The notes beneath the pieces were generated by a model. The model saw only the letters and a list, made by a program, of their open reading frames with translations, was not told where the DNA came from and ran no database searches. DNA of 64,000 nt, from positions 1 through 64,000 of IMG/VR virus record IMGVR_UViG_3300042257_000126, one strand, 5' to 3'. The first letter of the stretch is position 1. Every line of letters starts with the position of its first letter. Made by a program: the position numbers and the translations under genes. The DNA is from a virus (Duplodnaviria; Caudoviricetes). This document shows, in pieces, positions 39,263 through 49,536 of the stretch.

Positions 39263-39300
39263 ATTTTTAACACAAAGATACAATGTTAATGTATCGCAAT

Positions 39301-39329
39301 AAAAAAAGCCCCGTTACAAGAACGAGGCT
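39301..39329 (-). terminator. Intrinsic terminator
   Basis: AGCCTCGTT..AACGGGGCT plus T tract on the - strand. Confidence 0.7.
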
Positions 39330-39381
39330 AAAAAACCAAATGAATATGAAAAAATCTCCCACTACAAATATACAAAACAAA

Positions 39382-39741
39382 TCACAAACCGTCTTGATTC
39401 AACATAAATCCTTTTTTCTTGTCAAAATGAAGAACGTTATTATCATACACGTAACCAACACCATCAAACGCGGCTCTACAAGCATCATTTTCATACAAAA
39501 TATTAATATTGGGATAATAAACATAAACAATAACAAATTCATCTGTCATCCAAACAATAGGTTTAAAATTTTTTATTGTTTTTGTATTCGTACAAACCCA
39601 AACAATCAAACCGCCTTTCGCATGTGGATATTCCAGAACCTTATCAAAATGCAATTTCCTTTTTGTCAAAAAATCAATGACTTTGTGCGTTGCTGTTGTC
39701 CTTTGGGGAATCATAAGACGATTGTCATTAATGTTATTCAT
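39382..39741 (-). CDS. Hypothetical protein in its own transcription unit (moron-like)
   Basis: -7 box at 39760-39767 upstream, terminator downstream. Confidence 0.55.
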   Translation of the reverse strand: MNNINDNRLMIPQRTTATHKVIDFLTKRKLHFDKVLEYPHAKGGLIVWVCTNTKTIKNFKPIVWMTDEFVIVYVYYPNINILYENDACRAAFDGVGYVYDNNVLHFDKKKGFMLNQDGL

Positions 39742-39825
39742 AATATTTTGTTTACATGACAAATATACAAAACAAATCCTCATCAACAAAACATTTTACA
39801 AATTATCAGCAAAATACTTTACAGA

Positions 39826-42800
39826 TTACCTGTTAACAGTAAATCCTGCCGTTGCTAATCGTAACTGAAACTCAGTCGTTCCATCATCTTCAAACGTAAT
39901 CTCAAAGTAACGACCCGTCATATCCACGCCTGAATGTATCAAACTTAAATCTTCTACGCCACCTGCCCTTAAAATATTGCTATACACAGCCGACGTGTAA
40001 CCACCTTCTCTCAATCTAAACGATTCAGGGTACAACACAGTTTTTTGCCCTACCGTTCTTGTACTTGTAACAGGCGAAGTAATTATAACGTTTGCCGCCC
40101 TGTTTGAATCCGTTTGAAGCGATCTGAGGCACTTTTCTTCGTTGGGGTAGGTATTTAATAGTCCAGTTACAGAAAGTGGCTTAGAATCGCCAAAAAACAC
40201 ATTGTACGTCGTTCCTGACTCAAACTTCCATACATAACCAGATTTAAGCCCTATCGTCAGCGTATCCAAGTTGCCGTAACAATCAACAATGTTTCCAGAT
40301 GAATCCGTGTAGTCCCTGCGTTCAGTCCAAACATTTGCACCTTCTTTAAAAACCCACGATTCAGCAGTCCCTCTTATATCAAATGTAATAACAAACTCAT
40401 CGTTTTTTAAATCATAGTGCCCCAACACAACAACGCTTCTGCTATCAACGGATAACGCATCGTCAATGTCTCTTTTTATACGCAGAAACTCAGATTTCAT
40501 GTTGTAATCAGAAATAGGTATCTGTCCGTTAGGAGATGAACGTATCACCTGACCCCTGTCGTTATCCCAATAGTACAAATCACGATTGTTCTTTACGACA
40601 CTCAACGGAAACCGTGTGCCATATTCTGTTTGCATAGGATAAACAGTACCGATAAACTCATTGGTGTTCACAAGGCTCAACGTGCCGTCTGCATTGCTTA
40701 TCTGCTGCTTGCCTATGTACATGGACGTTTCCTTGTTGTCCTGAATCACTTTCAACACATCACCAACCAACTTAATACGCTGTATCTGTCCGTCTTTTTC
40801 ATCTAACTGTTTTCTGTTGACAGCCGAAAAGAAAGATATTCCGTTTATTTTTGTGTTGTCTAAATAAGGTTCACTCCACACGAAATCCTGTAAGTTAACC
40901 TGACCTTGTGTGTCGAACTCTACAAGCACACGACCCCTGCTCCACGCACGAATACCGTCGTCAACATTTATATAGAAATCTTCTACGGCCTCAGTGGTAG
41001 TTACTTTCTTCGGTTCCGTTTCAGAACCATTAAAATATTCAAACTTCCTTTCAACAAACCACGCATCACCCTCTCCTACATATCCGGTTGTCGTATTAAA
41101 CCCTGTTGCCGAAGTATCGTAGGTTGTGAAATCTTCGTAGTAGATTAGATTTTCAACTTCTGACTTCGGTCTGTATATGTACGCCACAGAATCAAGGTAA
41201 TCAGCAACGGCTTCTTCGCCTTTTGGAAGTATCAACCAAAACCCTGAGTATTCTGTTCCACTTACATCAATCAATGTACGTGTTCCAATTATAGTTTTTA
41301 CTATCGTAGTTATTTCTGAACCCGAATCTTTTTCAAGTTGAACGTAATCTCCTTTGGCAAACTCATAGCTCAGATTCTCAGGAAGCCGAATGGCTATCAC
41401 TTGTTTGCCGTCAATAAACACATCATCAAACGCGTTTTCACCTGCTGTGTTCCCCGTAACAAACGGATACACACCTGCAAAGTTCACCGACTCTGTAACA
41501 GCAAACCTGAACCTCGTAGCCCAACTTGGTACGGTCGGACTGTTCAGCGTGAATTTTATCCTTGCTCTTTTATTTCTGTCTGCGTAATCTCTTTCACCGT
41601 TGGACGGAATGTAAATACGCTGTGGACTTAACACGCCCGATGTTCGGCTTCTTTCATCATAAAACACACCGCCTACGTTATAATAGCTTCCAGACTTATA
41701 TGTGGCAACCCCTTCTGGCACTGTTTCAACAGTAAACTGAGAACCACGTGTTCCTGCTCTTGTTTTATAAGACCCATCGGTCACTCCGGGTGCATCTCCA
41801 CCAGAAGCACTATAACACCCAACAACTGCTAACGTAATATCATATCCACCATAGTCAGCAACTCCTTGTATCAAATAATCCGTACCATACAAGGCCGTGG
41901 CAGTTTCAAGGTCTGTTGATATAAATTCTGCATTATTATTTATGTCATTAATAATTGCGTTCTTAATATCAATTTGTGTATCACCATCCGCAACAATATA
42001 AGAAAAAGAATATCCGAGCATGAAATTATAACGCAATGAACTCCAGTATTGCTCATAAGACCGAGACAAACCAACATTAATCACAGTTCCAACAACCGGC
42101 ACATCAGGAACATTAAAAGAAACATAAAACATATTCATTCCCGCATCAACCCCATACGTTGAATCCAAATCAGAAGAATTTCCACTAACATAAACATCAG
42201 CATACTCCACCTCAACAGAAAAATTAAAATCTGTCTTATCGTACCCTTTTGTTACATTTGCCAATCCTATCCTATTCTGAACAGCAACAACGGTCTTTGC
42301 TTTCAACGGCACATCGCTGTACAACGCCAACGCTTTATCTATCGGTATAAACTCTCTGGCTCTATCATTGTAAAACGAAATAGTCCTGCTTGTTTCGGTA
42401 GATGCTTTGTCGTACTCATCAACTTTAAACCAACTTCCCGTGTTACCCTCTCTTGCCAATAAAACAACAGACTGAACATCTGTACCACCTAAACCATAGG
42501 ACACAGACAAATAATTACCAATGTAGTTGTCTTCATAGGTATTATCTTCTGCTGAAAACACGGACGTACTCACCGCTACCTTGCTGTAAGGCGACAGAAC
42601 AGAGTACGTGTAATCATTATAAACAAAATAGGTAGCAAACTGAAAGGTCTTTCCTATTAATTTGTTTATTTTTCTCGAAGAATCACTTCCTACAACGAAC
42701 TCAGGTGCATCAACGGGGTGCTTGCGTGCTAATTGAATAGAATCAGATGTTACAGACGACAACGAGCCAGATCCTACACGGGAACTGCCGTTTCCAACAC

Positions 42801-43215
42801 GAATTTTGCGTGGTGGATTTAAACCATCCGTAAACACACACCAATCACCCATAAAAGCAGCATCAACTAAATATTCAGGATTGAAATTAAGAACACCGCT
42901 CTGAACACCTAAATTAATAACGCTATTTCCGGTAAACAAATAAATACCGTCGTTGCCATTGGAATTATAGTTAAACAACACGCCGATTTCTCGTTCCTTA
43001 TCTTCTGCATATCCTACAAAAATATTAGTTCCAGAAGGTAGATTTGCATTCACGGAAACCATGCTCGGTATCGACACATTAACACCAACACGCCCCCCAT
43101 CAGCCGAATGTACCCTGCAATTCTGCCTGCTCAAAACCTCTCCCCTTGCCGTGTCTATCAACAATGGGTGTACGTCCTTATTTATCCCGCCGTTCATCGG
43201 CATTAATGCTTTCAT
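39826..43215 (-). CDS. Tail stabilisation/muzzle protein (crAss/P22 gp10-like)
   Basis: 1129 aa; GGINKD N-terminus, FTDGLNPPRKI, FQFATYFVYND.TYSVLSPYS, YYWD; follows the ring genes. Confidence 0.8.
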   Translation of the reverse strand: MKALMPMNGGINKDVHPLLIDTARGEVLSRQNCRVHSADGGRVGVNVSIPSMVSVNANLPSGTNIFVGYAEDKEREIGVLFNYNSNGNDGIYLFTGNSVINLGVQSGVLNFNPEYLVDAAFMGDWCVFTDGLNPPRKIRVGNGSSRVGSGSLSSVTSDSIQLARKHPVDAPEFVVGSDSSRKINKLIGKTFQFATYFVYNDYTYSVLSPYSKVAVSTSVFSAEDNTYEDNYIGNYLSVSYGLGGTDVQSVVLLAREGNTGSWFKVDEYDKASTETSRTISFYNDRAREFIPIDKALALYSDVPLKAKTVVAVQNRIGLANVTKGYDKTDFNFSVEVEYADVYVSGNSSDLDSTYGVDAGMNMFYVSFNVPDVPVVGTVINVGLSRSYEQYWSSLRYNFMLGYSFSYIVADGDTQIDIKNAIINDINNNAEFISTDLETATALYGTDYLIQGVADYGGYDITLAVVGCYSASGGDAPGVTDGSYKTRAGTRGSQFTVETVPEGVATYKSGSYYNVGGVFYDERSRTSGVLSPQRIYIPSNGERDYADRNKRARIKFTLNSPTVPSWATRFRFAVTESVNFAGVYPFVTGNTAGENAFDDVFIDGKQVIAIRLPENLSYEFAKGDYVQLEKDSGSEITTIVKTIIGTRTLIDVSGTEYSGFWLILPKGEEAVADYLDSVAYIYRPKSEVENLIYYEDFTTYDTSATGFNTTTGYVGEGDAWFVERKFEYFNGSETEPKKVTTTEAVEDFYINVDDGIRAWSRGRVLVEFDTQGQVNLQDFVWSEPYLDNTKINGISFFSAVNRKQLDEKDGQIQRIKLVGDVLKVIQDNKETSMYIGKQQISNADGTLSLVNTNEFIGTVYPMQTEYGTRFPLSVVKNNRDLYYWDNDRGQVIRSSPNGQIPISDYNMKSEFLRIKRDIDDALSVDSRSVVVLGHYDLKNDEFVITFDIRGTAESWVFKEGANVWTERRDYTDSSGNIVDCYGNLDTLTIGLKSGYVWKFESGTTYNVFFGDSKPLSVTGLLNTYPNEEKCLRSLQTDSNRAANVIITSPVTSTRTVGQKTVLYPESFRLREGGYTSAVYSNILRAGGVEDLSLIHSGVDMTGRYFEITFEDDGTTEFQLRLATAGFTVNR

Positions 43216-43952
43216 AATCTCCTTACATTTTGAGATGAAGTTTCCATTATCATATCCGCTAATTCATCCAACGACGGTAAATTCAGCGCATCGTACATAT
43301 TCACCTCTTCCCTGTAATTTTCTTTCTTATCTGCTATGTAGAAACGACTATATTTGTCGGGTCTTGATTCCACCAATTTATATTCAATATACGAAATCAA
43401 AAGGTTAGCGGCTTCGTTTGGAATATAGGTCGTATCCAAATCGTCAACACCCGTCGAAACATATCTAACCAAAACCTCACTTCTGTCAGCAAATCTCGTC
43501 CGGTCAACAGCTAACCTGCCTAAAACTATCCTACGTTTATTTGGCTCGTCTTTATAATAATACTCAACATTTGACCCTTTAGTCCCATACCCGTCTGTCG
43601 GTGTGCGTTCAAGTGAATCATCTTCTTCCCTGTCAGTATCAAACACCGCATCTATCGGACTTGATATGGGTGAAATCATCTTATCAGACCGCGTGAAAGT
43701 AAACAACTCTTTATTTACAGATACACCAACGGTAATAACCCTCATTACATCTTCTGGATAATTTACAGTGTTTATAGCAGTTATTGGCAGCCACGCTTCC
43801 TTTACGCACCCGGCTTCGTGAAACAGTTTAAAAGTCCTGAACCCTCTAAGAAAGTACATCGCTGCCTCGTTATAATACTTGCGTTCAAAATCCTGAACAC
43901 CCGCAAGCGATTCATCTATTATCTGATTTGCTGTATAAAACCCTTTCATCAC
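43212..43952 (-). CDS. Tail ring/adaptor protein
   Basis: VNYPEDVMRV motif; position between capsid and muzzle genes. Confidence 0.65.
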   Translation of the reverse strand: MMKGFYTANQIIDESLAGVQDFERKYYNEAAMYFLRGFRTFKLFHEAGCVKEAWLPITAINTVNYPEDVMRVITVGVSVNKELFTFTRSDKMISPISSPIDAVFDTDREEDDSLERTPTDGYGTKGSNVEYYYKDEPNKRRIVLGRLAVDRTRFADRSEVLVRYVSTGVDDLDTTYIPNEAANLLISYIEYKLVESRPDKYSRFYIADKKENYREEVNMYDALNLPSLDELADMIMETSSQNVRRL

Positions 43953-44566
43953 TGATTATTGTTAGTTTTATCTTGGTACACGCCTGCCATCCAAGCTAAT
44001 GTCAATTCCATTATCCCGTCAATCCTACCGCCGGGTACTCTGATTTCTTCATCATCGTCATACGCTGAAAACGCCCTGACAATTCCATAATCAACAGTTC
44101 TTACGTCAGTAAACGGACTGTTGCCTATTTCTTCAAATATTATCTGTATGTTATCTGAAATGTTTCCTAATCTCCAATAGGTTTCGTTTATTACTTTGCC
44201 AACAGGGAGGTTTCTGAAAAACGCGACACTTGGCCTGCGTGCCTGTGAAAACGGCTTGCCACCACCCGAAGGCTGAACGTACCACACCCCTCTACCTTCA
44301 CCAACGGGAACAACAGCATCGGACACACCAACGTATCTGTACCCGCTGGACTTATACACAGGTTGATTGTAATAGTGCTTAACAAAGTATTGTTCTACTT
44401 GCAATTTGCCATCTTCATTCATTGGCATCTGTCCCAACAAAGTGTCAAACGCATACCCAACACCCTGTTCAACCCGTTTGAAGTGTACGGTCTTTTGGTT
44501 GTCTGCTACTGCTTCACTTTTTAATATGGCAGTACGAACAAATTCAACTAATGCTTTTTTATTCAT
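43949..44566 (-). CDS. Tail ring/adaptor protein
   Basis: Position; C-terminal QDKTNN. Confidence 0.6.
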   Translation of the reverse strand: MNKKALVEFVRTAILKSEAVADNQKTVHFKRVEQGVGYAFDTLLGQMPMNEDGKLQVEQYFVKHYYNQPVYKSSGYRYVGVSDAVVPVGEGRGVWYVQPSGGGKPFSQARRPSVAFFRNLPVGKVINETYWRLGNISDNIQIIFEEIGNSPFTDVRTVDYGIVRAFSAYDDDEEIRVPGGRIDGIMELTLAWMAGVYQDKTNNNQ

Positions 44567-45242
44567 TGCTTACCCTTTCCCCTAAAGCTACAACATCCTG
44601 CCGTTCTATATTTGTTCCTGCGTCCCTTAAAATACGATACGCGATCTCCACAAGCTGTTCATCGTACCACTCAGGCGTAGAACTGTTCACCGAATCAAAT
44701 TCTTCTAACAACGTTGTTGAGTTCGTTGTGGTTTGTATAACAGCGTCGTCCGGTTGCTTGTAATACGTTATGCTGATTGAAGTAATAGTACTTGGGTAAA
44801 TAGCTATTGAATTTGCCCCTGTCCACACAAACGCCGGATCATCAGTAGTTGGTGCAACAACAGCACTTCCAATCCTGTCTGCCAGTTCATCAGGTTCTAA
44901 TTCATCAAACCCCCTACCCGTTACTGTTGTAGGATTGATAGCAACCAAATATCCCAATGTTTCATCCAAATTTGTAAAACTGAACGCACCACCTGTTATT
45001 GTTTTTGTTTCCCTTCGAAGAAACGGTCTTAGTTCCTGTGAAATCTTTCTGGACACGCCAACACCCCTGCGTGCTATCGGTGCATTTAACTGATATTCGT
45101 TTGGAAGTCCTAACTTCTCTGCAAACAGCATGTGACTGTTAGCATTAAACAACGACTGAAACTCTGCTGCCGTGAAAGCACGACCGTTCAAGTCCTTGTT
45201 TAAAACCGTGTTGACTATATTGATTACATCACCGTATGTCAT
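44559..45242 (-). CDS. Tail ring/adaptor protein
   Basis: LNKDLNG.AFTAAEF, IAIYP, ITYYKQP motifs of crAss-like ring proteins. Confidence 0.7.
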   Translation of the reverse strand: MTYGDVINIVNTVLNKDLNGRAFTAAEFQSLFNANSHMLFAEKLGLPNEYQLNAPIARRGVGVSRKISQELRPFLRRETKTITGGAFSFTNLDETLGYLVAINPTTVTGRGFDELEPDELADRIGSAVVAPTTDDPAFVWTGANSIAIYPSTITSISITYYKQPDDAVIQTTTNSTTLLEEFDSVNSSTPEWYDEQLVEIAYRILRDAGTNIERQDVVALGERVSNE

Positions 45243-45259
45243 CGTATCTTATTTTAACA

Positions 45260-45318
45260 CAAAGATACGCATGAAAGGGTACAACACAAAAAAAGCCCCA
45301 CTCCAACGAGCAGGGCTT
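45260..45318 (-). promoter_or_regulatory. Terminator (45288-45318) followed by a TATCTTTG -7 box (45260-45267)
   Basis: Hairpin plus T tract, then the Bacteroidota -7 consensus upstream of ATG 45242. Confidence 0.7.
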
Positions 45319-45337
45319 GCACTACGAGAAGAAACTA

Positions 45338-46372
45338 CTATGCAGACTTGGGCTGATATTCCAATTCCATATATTCACACAATTTTTTCAATAAATCTTC
45401 TTTCTTGTCGCTGTTCGTGGTTGTCAACCCCCTGTCGTTTGCCATTCGCATTAACGTCGGTCGATCTAACTCACGTAAGTCGTCAAGATTATAACTTTCA
45501 TCTTCACCCATAGCTGCAAACAATCGACTCTTAATGTTAGAGTTGTTAATCACCTCCTGAATGAACACTTCGTTTCTGTCCTCAATTTCATCTGACTTGA
45601 ATCCCATCAGCTTCTCAGCATATTCACGTCCTTCTTTCAACCACATGGCTCTGTCTTTATAGCCAACAATGCCATCCTGAATAGCCCTGCGTGCAACAAA
45701 CGCTGCCTTGCGCTTTTGGTTACCTTCTGTCAGTTCTTCAAATTTCTCAAAGTTAATAAACCTGTCTTTTCGTTTCTGTCCGTCAAGGATAGTATTATAC
45801 AGGTCTAAACGCACTTCATCAATACTACGACGCTCTACGTCCTTAACACCAAAAATCTCTGCTGCCTGTTTGATGAGTGTTTTGTCTTTGGCAATGGGTG
45901 ATGTTTTACCCATGATCATGTACTTAATGTCAGCATCACTTGACATTACCTCAATTTGTTTCTTGGCTTCTTCTTCCAAGTTCTCAATCACAATACGTCC
46001 TGAACGAACTGCGGATGCCTTGTATTCCAAGAACCACACAAACTCAATGTCCTTTTCAGTATAGAACGTTTTCCACGTCACAAACCTGTGGTGGTCGTCG
46101 TATTCACGCTGACCGTTCTTAATTCGTGGTCTGCTTTTTGAATACCGCCACACACCGTCAGGGCTTGTTAGCTCAATCGGGAACTTCTTCAAAACACCAA
46201 ATGTTCTGAAATCTCCTTCCGGTCGTCCCTTCGGATAAATGAGTGTTACTTTTCCTAATGTGTTTGGTGAGAAATACTTGGCCTGAATTTTTTCCATCTC
46301 CTTCTTGACCTGCATGTCAATGTCAGATCGCCCATGTTTCCAATTAACTTCTTCGTCTAAATAGAAAATCAT
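45338..46372 (-). CDS. Capsid-region hypothetical protein with a C-terminal Rho-N/HeH-like motif
   Basis: 344 aa; LRELDRPTLMRMANDRGL...KKEDLLKKL. Confidence 0.7.
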   Translation of the reverse strand: MIFYLDEEVNWKHGRSDIDMQVKKEMEKIQAKYFSPNTLGKVTLIYPKGRPEGDFRTFGVLKKFPIELTSPDGVWRYSKSRPRIKNGQREYDDHHRFVTWKTFYTEKDIEFVWFLEYKASAVRSGRIVIENLEEEAKKQIEVMSSDADIKYMIMGKTSPIAKDKTLIKQAAEIFGVKDVERRSIDEVRLDLYNTILDGQKRKDRFINFEKFEELTEGNQKRKAAFVARRAIQDGIVGYKDRAMWLKEGREYAEKLMGFKSDEIEDRNEVFIQEVINNSNIKSRLFAAMGEDESYNLDDLRELDRPTLMRMANDRGLTTTNSDKKEDLLKKLCEYMELEYQPKSA

Positions 46373-46429
46373 ATCTGCATATTTTAGTTTCTTCTACAAA
46401 AAAATGGAAGGGGGACTAAGCCCCCTATC

Positions 46430-46936
46430 CTATTTCACAAGTTTAATCTCTAATTCCTTCAATAGTGAGTTCTGCGTGCTGTCTGTTTCAGCTTCTACAT
46501 AAAATCTGTAAAAGCGATACGGCTGAACAGTTGTGGAATTCACGTACAGAGAAGTATCTGCGCCTGTAATACTCGTTACCGAGGCAGTATCAATTCCTGT
46601 CCATGAATCATCCCAGAACGTCTTGCCTTGCAAGATAGCACTAAACGCGGCTTCACCACTTACTGTATCTACTTTAAAACGCGTGTACACAGCTAATTTG
46701 TCATACAAATTGTCAATGGCAAAGGTGTACGCAAAAGTAGAATCAGCTACGCTGGATAACGTATCGGCAGAAGAAAAATACTTATGCCAATAGGTTACAG
46801 GTGTTGCAAGCAAATTACCTTTCACATCCAGAACAACATCAACGTCGTTCTTGTGATTGGTAATGTTGTCAATAGTCTGTCCGTAGCTAATAACTGCGAA
46901 CAGCAACGATGTCAATATGAAAGCTATTCTTTTCAT
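46430..46936 (-). CDS. Signal-peptide protein directly after the major capsid gene (decoration-like)
   Basis: MKRIAFILTSLLFAVISYG|Q; PYRFYRF beta-sandwich ending; overlaps the capsid stop. Confidence 0.75.
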   Translation of the reverse strand: MKRIAFILTSLLFAVISYGQTIDNITNHKNDVDVVLDVKGNLLATPVTYWHKYFSSADTLSSVADSTFAYTFAIDNLYDKLAVYTRFKVDTVSGEAAFSAILQGKTFWDDSWTGIDTASVTSITGADTSLYVNSTTVQPYRFYRFYVEAETDSTQNSLLKELEIKLVK

Positions 46937-48363
46937 TATGCACCTCCTCCTTCTGTTGCGTCTTTCTCAACAAGAATTGCTTTGTGCAGGTGAGTGAAGA
47001 TAGGCATAACGTGTGCAAGTGTGTAGAATTTAACACCATCGTATCCGTTAGCCACAACATCTCCCATGCCAGCAAATCCATTCATACCCGGCTCAATTTT
47101 GAAGATACGTTTGCGATCTTCGCCGTTATTCTGAGGATAACCCAACGTCAGGTGAGGCAAGCGGAAGTTTTCTTTCATGCCAGCACCTTCAAGGGTTGCT
47201 TTGTATTCTCCCTGTGGCAGCAAGAAGCCCATATCACGATAGCCGTAAGAATCCAAACCGAATTTGTTCGGGTTAGAGAAAGACGACAGTTCGTTAATGT
47301 AGAACTTCACACCGTTAATCAGAACCTCACGCACATTGAATCCAACGCTGTTCAACTCCATGTAGAAGTTATGTCCGGCAGACGTGGCTTTCAACCAGTC
47401 AATCATTGACGTTTCAATAGAAGCGTTCAGGTTTGTTCCAACGAAGAAGTCAACGTTTTTGTTAACAATACCTACGTTTTCCAACAACACTTTAACCGCC
47501 CTGAATTTCTCAATGTCATACGCGGTTGTCCAAGTTTGTTCCTGTGACAACGCTTTCATTGTTTTAACCAAACCGTCTGCTGACGGAATAGCTGCTGTGT
47601 TACCGGAGACAGAAGTAGCGGTCAGGTTTGATGTGTTCCCGTTGGCAACACCTGTTAACAGAAATGAATCAATCTGGTCGTCAAGACGGAAGTCCATTTC
47701 ACCAAGTGAACGTGTCCAGATACCTTTTTTACCGTTAGACAGCTCAACTTCTTCCCAGCTTTCCTGAAATACAACACCGCCTTCAACACCTGCTGTATCT
47801 TTCAAGATACGAGTGTTGGTTGTACGGCTGTACATTCCAGAAGCCATCGGTTCGGGTTGGTTGGTTCCATATCCCCAAGACGAAGCACCCAAGAAGCAAA
47901 TAACATCTGACAACGCAGTTGTAATCTGAACGTCATCTTCATACGGTGTTCCAGTCCAAGTTGATTCGGAAACGGTCAAACGCAACGGAACGTCATAATC
48001 TTTGTTGGTGTATGCTTTTGGCACAATCAGGTCAAACCCTGCACGTACATAGTCGTCTGAGTCATCTGCTGCCGAAAAGGTTACGGTTACACCAGCCGAA
48101 GCATCAGCCGATGTGCCAATAGAGCAGGTTACCGGACGTGTCGGTGCGCCTTGTTCAAAAATGGTGATAGTATTACTCTTAACCGGCATCACCTGTCCCG
48201 CCATGTTAAGGAAGTTAGTCACAGACAAGCCTTCGCCGTATCTCTGAATTATTTTACCGAGTGTCTGTGGCTTTAACTCAAGGTCATAAAGCGACCTAAA
48301 CGTTGAATCATACCACGATTGGGTTAAGGTAGATTCCCTGTAATTACTGTTTACTAAAGCCAT
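46936..48363 (-). CDS. Major capsid protein
   Basis: 475 aa, downstream of portal and scaffold, biased codon use; no diagnostic motif verified. Confidence 0.75.
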   Translation of the reverse strand: MALVNSNYRESTLTQSWYDSTFRSLYDLELKPQTLGKIIQRYGEGLSVTNFLNMAGQVMPVKSNTITIFEQGAPTRPVTCSIGTSADASAGVTVTFSAADDSDDYVRAGFDLIVPKAYTNKDYDVPLRLTVSESTWTGTPYEDDVQITTALSDVICFLGASSWGYGTNQPEPMASGMYSRTTNTRILKDTAGVEGGVVFQESWEEVELSNGKKGIWTRSLGEMDFRLDDQIDSFLLTGVANGNTSNLTATSVSGNTAAIPSADGLVKTMKALSQEQTWTTAYDIEKFRAVKVLLENVGIVNKNVDFFVGTNLNASIETSMIDWLKATSAGHNFYMELNSVGFNVREVLINGVKFYINELSSFSNPNKFGLDSYGYRDMGFLLPQGEYKATLEGAGMKENFRLPHLTLGYPQNNGEDRKRIFKIEPGMNGFAGMGDVVANGYDGVKFYTLAHVMPIFTHLHKAILVEKDATEGGGA

Positions 48364-48383
48364 GATTTATCTTTTTAATTTCG

Positions 48384-49475
48384 TTACCACGCGTTCAAAA
48401 TCTGCGTATCCCTGTCAACGGACTTATTTGTCGGTTTGGTAGCATTACTCAACGGACGGTCATTGTGGATTTCAGCACGAAGTTCTGATTTTATTTTTTC
48501 CCTTAAATCAGATTCAATCGACTTAACCACCTTGTCCATGTTACGCTCCAATATTCGGCTTCTTGCGTTACCAACGGCGTTTGCAAGTGCTTCTTCACTT
48601 GGCTTAACACCGCTTACTAACAACTCTGCCATGATTTCCTGCTCCAATCCTTCACGCATAGACTGGTCAACCACAAAGTCAATACCTTCTGCAATCTCAA
48701 TTTTGTCTAATCCTTCAATCGCTGCTTGCAATGGCTTTGACCACGATTCCTTCAACTGTCCTCGTGTGGCTTCCCAGTCTGTCTGTTCAGGAATAGTTAT
48801 TCCATCATACATTTTCGACAAACGACTTTTAGCCTCGTTAACCGAAATCTTCATCTTGGCTTTCGTGCTAATATCAAGTTCCTCGCCTTCTTCGATACCG
48901 TACTCGCTGTTAACATAGGCTTGGGCTTCTTCCCGTGTAAGACCACTGTTAACCACAAGGTCGGTAATCAACGCGGAGGCTCCATCCAGTTTCTTTACCT
49001 TTTCAGGGGTCAACGAAGACAAAGCATCAATAGCCTCGCTACTTAACTTATCTTTGTTGTTTTTCAAAAACTGCTGGCGAATGTACTCATCTTCGTTTAC
49101 AAAGTATGATAGGGGGTTAACACCTTCTGCTATCTTTTTATACTCTGACAACTTCTGATTGAGTTCTTCACTTGACGTCTTTAATCCGTCGTATTGGTCA
49201 GCTTTCTCAATGAACGCTTTTATTTCTTCTTCACTTTTAAACTCTTTGCCAGACCACTGACTGAACATCGAAACAGGGTCTGGTTTGTCAACCGGATTTT
49301 CAACCTTTGGTTCTTCTTTCGTTTCTGCCTTCGGTTCGGTTGGCTTTACCGTTTCTTTCTCAACTTGTGTTTCTTTTGGCAATTCGGAATTAGATTCCTT
49401 TGCCGTACCTTCAAGCACTTGTCCCATTAATTGTGCTTTTTCCTCTGCTGATACTTCTCTGCCTACTTCTGCCAT
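48384..49475 (-). CDS. Putative scaffolding protein
   Basis: Acidic helical protein with a disordered N-terminus between portal and capsid genes. Confidence 0.65.
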   Translation of the reverse strand: MAEVGREVSAEEKAQLMGQVLEGTAKESNSELPKETQVEKETVKPTEPKAETKEEPKVENPVDKPDPVSMFSQWSGKEFKSEEEIKAFIEKADQYDGLKTSSEELNQKLSEYKKIAEGVNPLSYFVNEDEYIRQQFLKNNKDKLSSEAIDALSSLTPEKVKKLDGASALITDLVVNSGLTREEAQAYVNSEYGIEEGEELDISTKAKMKISVNEAKSRLSKMYDGITIPEQTDWEATRGQLKESWSKPLQAAIEGLDKIEIAEGIDFVVDQSMREGLEQEIMAELLVSGVKPSEEALANAVGNARSRILERNMDKVVKSIESDLREKIKSELRAEIHNDRPLSNATKPTNKSVDRDTQILNAW

Positions 49476-49536
49476 TTTGTTTCTTCTTTAATGCGTTACA
49501 AAAATATAGTGTTAATTTTTATTCCTTAAAAAAGGC

